Source: a virus (Duplodnaviria; Heunggongvirae; Uroviricota; Caudoviricetes). From it: a DNA stretch of 45,296 nucleotides. This document shows, one piece after another, positions 40,251 through 45,296 of this stretch; position 1 is the first letter of the stretch; every line of letters begins with the position of its first letter. Under the pieces are notes generated by a model. That model was given only the letters and a program-made list of their open reading frames with translations. It did no database searches and was not told the origin of the DNA. The stretch is from IMG/VR virus record IMGVR_UViG_2541047948_000009; one strand, written 5' to 3'. A program made the position numbers and the translations under genes.

Positions 40251-42629
40251 ATGGCAGCAGTAAAAATCTCAGGTGTGCTGAAAGATGGTGCGGGAAAACC
40301 AATACAGAACTGCACTATTCAACTGAAGGCAAAGCGTAACAGCACCACGGTACTGGTGAACACGGTGGCCTCTGAAAATCCGGATGAAGCCGGGCGTTAC
40401 AGCATGGATGTTGAGTATGGTCAGTACAGCGTCACCCTGCTGGTTGAAGGTTTTCCGCCTTCACATGCCGGGACCATTACCGTCTATGAAGGTTCCAGAC
40501 CAGGTACGCTGAATGATTTTCTCGGTGCCATGACGGAAGATGATGTCATGCCGGAGGCATTGCGTCGTTTTGAGGCAATGGTGGAAGAAGCGGCACGCAA
40601 CGCCGAAGCCGCCTCTCAGAGCGCAGCAGCGGCAAAGAAATCCGAAACTGCAGCGGCATCATCGAAGAACGCGGCGAAAACCTCAGAAACAAATGCAGCT
40701 AACAGCGCACAGGCGGCAGCGTCCTCGCAGACTGCATCGGCAAACTCCGCGACAGCAGCCAAAAAATCAGAAACCAACGCGAAAAATAGCGAGACAGCCG
40801 CAAAGACGAGCGAAACCAACGCAAAGTCCAGCCAGACGGCAGCGAAAACAAGCGAAACGAATGCCAAAGCCAGTGAAACTGCGGCAAAAAACAGCCAGGT
40901 TGCAGCAGCCCAAAGCGCGAGCGCGGCAGCCGGTTCTGCGACTTCAGCAGCTGGATCAGCAACTGCTGCGGCTAACAGCCAGAAAGCTGCGAAGACGAGT
41001 GAAACTAACGCAAAGTCCAGCCAGACGGCAGCGAAGACCAGCGAAACGAATGCCAAAGCCAGCGAAACTGCGGCGAAAAACAGTCAGGATGCAGCAGCCC
41101 AAAGCGAGAGTGCTGCAGCTGGTTCTGCAAGCGCGGCGGCTGCTTCTGCCACTGCATCAGCCAACAGTCAAAAAGCAGCAAAAACCAGTGAAACCAATGC
41201 AAAGACAAGCGAGACTGCAGCGGCGAACTCGGCGAAAGCATCCGCTGCAAGCCAGACCGCTGCAAAAGCAAGTGAAGACGCAGCCAGAGAGTATGCAAGC
41301 CAGGCAGCAGATCCGTATAAATATGTCTTACAGCCGCTGCCTGATGTGTGGATACCGTTTAACGATTCACTGGATATGATTACGGGCTTTTTGCCATCAT
41401 ATAAAAAGATTGTTATTGGTGACGACGAAATAACGATGCCTGGCGACAAGATTGTTAAGTTTAAACGTGCATCGAAAGCAACCTATATTAACAAATCTGG
41501 TGTGCTGACAGAGGCTGCCATTGATGAGCCACGATTTGAACGTGATGGCCTGCTTATTGAGGGGCAAAGAACTAATCTTCTGCTTAATTCAACAAATCCA
41601 TCTAAATGGAATAAGTCAGGCAATCTGGAACTCACAGAAATATCCACGGATTCTTTTAATTTTACTTATGGGAGATTTACTGTAAAAGATACTCTTATTG
41701 GTCAGACAAGTGCTATTAATATCGTAACGATTTCTGGCAGTAAAGGGTTTGATGTCACAGGTGATGAAAAATATGTGACCATTTCATGCCGTGTAAGAAG
41801 TGATGTTGAAAATATAAGGTGTCGTTTAAGATTTGAACACCATGATGGTTATACTTACACTTTTTTGGGAGATGCTTACCTCAATTTATCAACACTTGTA
41901 ATTGATAAAACTGGTACTGCTGCAGACCGTATTATTGCAAAGGCTGTAAAAGATGAGGTTACTGGTTGGATTTTCTATCAGGCTACAATTAATGCACTAG
42001 ATACAGAGAGCATGATTGGTGCGATGGTTCAATACGCTCCTGTAAAAGGTTCAGGTACAGCATCTGGAGACTATCTGGATATCGCAACTCCACAAGTGGA
42101 AGGTGGATCAAGTGCTTCGTCATTTATTGTAACTGATATAACTGCAAGCACTCGCGCAAGCGATATGGTGACAGTCCCAATCAAGAATAACCTTTATAAT
42201 CTTCCTTTTACGGTTCTTTGTGAGGTACATAAGAACTGGTATAAAACGCCAAATGCAGCACCGCGTGTTTTTGATACCGGCGGTCATCAAACCGGAGCGG
42301 CTATTATTCTTGGCTTCGGTCGTTCAACAGATTACGACGGATTTCCTTATTGTGATATAGGTTTGGCTAACAGACGGGTAAACGAAAACGCATCGCTTGA
42401 AAAAATGGTTATGGGGATGCGTGTAAAGTCAGATCAGTCTACGTGCTCAGTAAGTAACGGGCGTATATCCAGCGAAAAGAAAGCCACATGGTCCTATATT
42501 CAGAACTCCGCAATTATCCGTATTGGAGGCCAGACTACAGCCGGGTTGCGTCATTTATTTGGTCATGTCAGGAATTTCAGAATATGGCACAAGGCATTGA
42601 CTGATGCTCAGATGGGGGAGTCAATCTAA
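40251..42629 (+). CDS. stf: Side tail fibre protein (lambda Stf-like N-terminus, repetitive Ala/Ser/Thr shaft, divergent AT-rich C-terminal receptor-binding domain)
   Basis: N-terminus MAAVKISGVLKDGAGKPIQNCTIQLKAKRNSTT matches recalled lambda Stf; AAKTSETNAK-type repeats; C-terminal about 430 aa are AT-rich and end with a LamG/ConA-like motif (GHVRNFRIWHKALTDAQMGE). Confidence 0.85.
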   Translation: MAAVKISGVLKDGAGKPIQNCTIQLKAKRNSTTVLVNTVASENPDEAGRYSMDVEYGQYSVTLLVEGFPPSHAGTITVYEGSRPGTLNDFLGAMTEDDVMPEALRRFEAMVEEAARNAEAASQSAAAAKKSETAAASSKNAAKTSETNAANSAQAAASSQTASANSATAAKKSETNAKNSETAAKTSETNAKSSQTAAKTSETNAKASETAAKNSQVAAAQSASAAAGSATSAAGSATAAANSQKAAKTSETNAKSSQTAAKTSETNAKASETAAKNSQDAAAQSESAAAGSASAAAASATASANSQKAAKTSETNAKTSETAAANSAKASAASQTAAKASEDAAREYASQAADPYKYVLQPLPDVWIPFNDSLDMITGFLPSYKKIVIGDDEITMPGDKIVKFKRASKATYINKSGVLTEAAIDEPRFERDGLLIEGQRTNLLLNSTNPSKWNKSGNLELTEISTDSFNFTYGRFTVKDTLIGQTSAINIVTISGSKGFDVTGDEKYVTISCRVRSDVENIRCRLRFEHHDGYTYTFLGDAYLNLSTLVIDKTGTAADRIIAKAVKDEVTGWIFYQATINALDTESMIGAMVQYAPVKGSGTASGDYLDIATPQVEGGSSASSFIVTDITASTRASDMVTVPIKNNLYNLPFTVLCEVHKNWYKTPNAAPRVFDTGGHQTGAAIILGFGRSTDYDGFPYCDIGLANRRVNENASLEKMVMGMRVKSDQSTCSVSNGRISSEKKATWSYIQNSAIIRIGGQTTAGLRHLFGHVRNFRIWHKALTDAQMGESI
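40801..41178. repeat. Two near-identical tandem copies of an about 189-bp unit inside the stf shaft-coding region
   Basis: Units starting near 40801 and 40990 are about 90% identical at nucleotide level; encoded AAKTSETNAKSSQTAAKTSETNAKASETAAKNSQ repeated. Confidence 0.6.
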
Positions 42630-42910
42630 TGAAAGATTTAACACTCAAATTTGCAGACAGGGCCGACTTTTCGGCCTTTATGGATAGCATTGGCTATTAT
42701 GATGACGAGTCGATGCAGGATGATATTCTTATTGACGTGATAGGTAACGTGTACAAAGAAACCGGAGAACTGACTGAAGATGGCGAACCGGTATGTGTTA
42801 AGGAAGATGGATATTTTGTAAACGTGCGCATCATTAATGATGCAAAAAAATCGTTAATATTCGATGAATACGCGGTTGTAGTTGAACATCAACTTCGTGG
42901 CTGGATGTGA
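42629..42910 (+). CDS. Hypothetical acidic protein translationally coupled to stf (possible fibre chaperone or accessory)
   Basis: 93 aa; TAATG overlap with the stf stop; AT-rich like the stf C-terminal domain. Confidence 0.45.
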   Translation: MKDLTLKFADRADFSAFMDSIGYYDDESMQDDILIDVIGNVYKETGELTEDGEPVCVKEDGYFVNVRIINDAKKSLIFDEYAVVVEHQLRGWM

Positions 42911-42919
42911 GGGAGACAA

Positions 42920-43624
42920 ATGGCTACATCGACAGTAATTCCAGGAGACATCACCACGTTAAAGGGAGATGTCAGTAAAGCCAAGGAAGATATTTCCTCA
43001 ATTAACGGAAAAGTATCAACGCTTCAGGCTGATATGACCAGTGCAAAGCAGGATATCAGCACCAGATACACAAAAACTGAAGTTGATAATAAGCTGAAAA
43101 ACAAACTGGAAGTGAACGCTCTGGAAAGCGGTCGTTATGGTGGAGATTTTTACCCGTTGACTGGCCGTGAAGCGTTTTATTTGTGGGGATTGGGCACGAC
43201 TACAGCGGCGGCAAACCTTTATCTTAATCCTGACCCCGCAATTTCGTCTGTGCTGCGGTCAACATCGTCTATCCGCTATAAACATTCAGTAGAGACAATA
43301 GATTCAGAGCACGCCGATCTCATTTTCAGGATGCGCCCTGTGTGGTACAGGTCACAATGCGAAAATGACAGGCGTGACTGGGGATTCTACGGATTGATTG
43401 CCGAGGAAGTAGGAGAAATTGCCCCTCAGTTTGTACACTGGCGACCAGCTAACGAAGATGATGCACCGGAAGCTATTTCCAGCAATGGCCTTGTTGCCGA
43501 AGGTGTAATGTACGAACGTCTGGTTGTTCCACTGATTCACCATATCCAGAAGCTGACTGAAAGAGTTGATGAACTTGAGTCAGAATTAAAGTTGTTATCC
43601 GTTTCCCGAAGCGATATCGGATAA
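42920..43624 (+). CDS. Short fibre-like protein with C-terminal intramolecular chaperone (peptidase S74-like) domain
   Basis: 234 aa; N-terminal heptad-like repeats; C-terminal DRRDWGFYGLIAEEVGEIAPQFV...GLVAEGVMYERLVVPLIHHIQKL...DELE resembles the autoproteolytic chaperone domain of phage fibres and spikes (memory-based). Confidence 0.45.
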   Translation: MATSTVIPGDITTLKGDVSKAKEDISSINGKVSTLQADMTSAKQDISTRYTKTEVDNKLKNKLEVNALESGRYGGDFYPLTGREAFYLWGLGTTTAAANLYLNPDPAISSVLRSTSSIRYKHSVETIDSEHADLIFRMRPVWYRSQCENDRRDWGFYGLIAEEVGEIAPQFVHWRPANEDDAPEAISSNGLVAEGVMYERLVVPLIHHIQKLTERVDELESELKLLSVSRSDIG

Positions 43625-43634
43625 AGGAGGAGTA

Positions 43635-43928
43635 ATGGATATAACACCTTTCCTTCATGCGCTTTGTGCTGTGGCTGCGCAGCTACTGATTGGTCTTTTT
43701 ACCGGGAACTGGGCTTACGGGGCGATAGCTGGTTGTACGTTCTTCATTGCGCGTGAACACACCCAGGCAGAATATCGCTGGATTGAAATGTTCGGGCATG
43801 GCAAGCGAATGAATATGCCGTGGTGGGGCGGTTTTGATCCGCGCGCGTGGGATGTGGCAAGCCTGATGGATTTTGCTGTGCCGGTGGTGGCGTGTCTGCT
43901 GGTCTGGCTGTTGGTTAATCGTGGGTGA
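43635..43928 (+). CDS. Small integral membrane protein (2-3 predicted TM helices), candidate receptor-masking or superinfection-exclusion factor
   Basis: 97 aa; hydrophobic segments FLHALCAVAAQLLIGLF and VASLMDFAVPVVACLLVWLLV; AGGAGG RBS. Confidence 0.45.
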   Translation: MDITPFLHALCAVAAQLLIGLFTGNWAYGAIAGCTFFIAREHTQAEYRWIEMFGHGKRMNMPWWGGFDPRAWDVASLMDFAVPVVACLLVWLLVNRG

Positions 43929-43938
43929 AAAAAGGTGA

Positions 43939-44058
43939 GCTGTATATGCAACGGAGGAAGAAACCTCGTTGCTGGAAGCCTGGAAGAAGTATCGGGTGTT
44001 GCTGAACCGTGTTGATACGTCAACTGCACAGGATATTGAATGGCCAGCACTGCCGTAG
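43939..44058 (+). pseudogene. 3' remnant of a tail-fibre assembly gene (tfa)
   Basis: Frame encodes ...[36 protein letters not shown], matching the recalled lambda Tfa C-terminus; no start codon or upstream tfa body; the frame opens just after a stop at 43936-43938. Confidence 0.6.
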
Positions 44059-44155
44059 GGTAAAACATATAAATTCTATAATTAGATGTATCTTTCCATT
44101 TACGGCAAGGAAGGGGGCTTGGAAGACGTAAAGCATCTCACACCGAGATTATTTT

Positions 44156-44746
44156 TTATATGTCAGGTGTCTGAAGTTTTGCTTTGGCTCTTAAAATGGT
44201 TTGCCGCGAGGTTTTGAATTCCCGGGCAATGGCACTTATACTTACACCTGACTTAATTCGTTCGAATACCACCTGTTTCTGTTCTTCATTTAACACAGGT
44301 GGTCGACCAAAACGTTTCCCTGCGCCGCGGGCTCTTACTATCCCGGAATGAGTGCGTTCAAGTAAAAGGTCTCGTTCAAATTCAGCGACTGCTGAAATTA
44401 CGTGCATCATCATTTTTCCTGTTGGACTGGTCAGGTCAATGCCCCCCAATGCTAAGCAATGCACTCTGATACCTGTTTCGGTCAGTTGTTCCACTGTTTT
44501 CCTGATATCCATTGCATTACAACCAAGGCGATCCAGTTTTGTCACAATCAATTGATCACCACATTTCAGGCGAGCAAGCAACCGGTTAAAACCAGGACGC
44601 TCACTGGTTGCTGCTGAGCCGCTAATGTGTTCTTCGATTATTTGCTGAGGTTTGATTTTAAAACCTGCACTTTCGATTTCCCGGCGTTGATTTTCGGTGG
44701 TCTGATCCAGCGTTGATATCCGACAGTAAGCAAAAATTCGAGACAT
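44156..44746 (-). CDS. Serine recombinase, DNA invertase (Pin/Gin/Hin family)
   Basis: 196 aa; N-terminal catalytic motif YCRISTLDQ (active-site Ser), resolvase core, C-terminal HTH; adjacent to tail-fibre genes. Confidence 0.9.
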   Translation of the reverse strand: MSRIFAYCRISTLDQTTENQRREIESAGFKIKPQQIIEEHISGSAATSERPGFNRLLARLKCGDQLIVTKLDRLGCNAMDIRKTVEQLTETGIRVHCLALGGIDLTSPTGKMMMHVISAVAEFERDLLLERTHSGIVRARGAGKRFGRPPVLNEEQKQVVFERIKSGVSISAIAREFKTSRQTILRAKAKLQTPDI

Positions 44747-45062
44747 AGTGAGACTCTATACGAAATTGGTGTTCATATCATAATGCATCTCAGAAAATAA
44801 TTTTGATTATTTTTGTGCATATTTGTATGTACACGTTCGAAAATAAACGAATGCGTATGCAACCCCGTAACTTTGGTGAGACCCAAAATCGATTTTGTGA
44901 AAAATGGCTTTAACTCGGTTTGTTTTTCGAGTTCCGGGCGGACTCAAGGAAGAAGAATAGTGTTGCGTGTTATTTTAACCAGATTTCAAGTTGTTTGGTC
45001 GTGGAAAAGTGGAGCAAAATGTTGTTAAAGTGGAAAAATGATAAAAAAGTAAGTTTATTATA

Positions 45063-45296
45063 TTACATTTTACCATTTAAATTTTGGTTGTCTTTAAGAA
45101 CTGATATCGCTGTTTGTAATAATTCTTTGTTATCCAGCCATGACTTTTTCTTTATGTTTCCTTCAATGTAATCAAGCAATGTTCTGGTATTGATAGGTCT
45201 TCCCTGTTTTGCTACTTCCACGACAGCATCTCCCAGGATAATTCTGACTTCAGGAAGCTGCGCAGGGAACCACTTTAGGGTGTCTTTTGATTTCAT
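45063..45296 (-). CDS. ydfK: YdfK/YnaE-like small prophage protein
   Basis: 77 aa beginning at the window edge; MKSKDTLKWFPAQLPEVRIILGDAVVEVAKQGRPINTRTLLDYIEGNIKK... matches recalled YdfK/YnaE. Confidence 0.65.
   Translation of the reverse strand: MKSKDTLKWFPAQLPEVRIILGDAVVEVAKQGRPINTRTLLDYIEGNIKKKSWLDNKELLQTAISVLKDNQNLNGKM

Noticed and set aside
40540-41379. 279-aa ORF in an alternative plus frame (R/Q/K-rich)
   Set aside because: Out-of-frame reading through the repetitive Ala/Ser/Thr-coding region of stf; low-complexity artefact of the tandem repeats.
43940-43990. gix-like recombination site within the tfa remnant (GGAAGAAACC-TC-GTTGCTGGAA)
   Set aside because: Only loose resemblance to invertase crossover sites, and no matching inverted partner found; more simply explained as conserved Tfa coding sequence.

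Overview
This window is almost entirely one apparently intact lambdoid prophage, read by eye from sequence and the ORF track. Left to right: a tyrosine integrase (386..1600) with an AT-rich cargo gene beside it; a leftward early operon (xis, two DUF551 proteins, an HD-domain hydrolase, YfdQ-like and YfdP-like proteins) preceded by a long ORF-poor leader carrying a DicF-like sRNA hairpin; a cI/cro immunity switch flanked by TTGC-N7-GCAA operator repeats; a translationally coupled nin-like block (Rha, HTH replication protein, LexA-DBD-like protein, RusA, KilA-N antirepressor, DUF968, Q antiterminator); an AT-rich late-regulatory/lysis region with three cold-shock paralogs, a phage-21-type pinholin, SAR endolysin and Rz/Rz1; cos, terminase, portal and a protease-capsid fusion; and a lambda-like tail (Z,U,V,G/GT,H,M,L,K,I,J) followed by lom, a side tail fibre, a tfa remnant, a Pin-family invertase and a ydfK-like gene. 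Gene content and order resemble the cryptic Qin prophage of E. coli K-12 (recalled from memory), but with complete structural modules. The best candidates for undescribed accessory functions are the integrase-proximal membrane/coiled-coil gene (1976..2992), a convergent gene pair inserted between holin and endolysin (16831..17590), and a three-gene module that has replaced most of tfa (42629..43928). No tRNA or CRISPR array was seen. All homology statements are from memory and need database confirmation.
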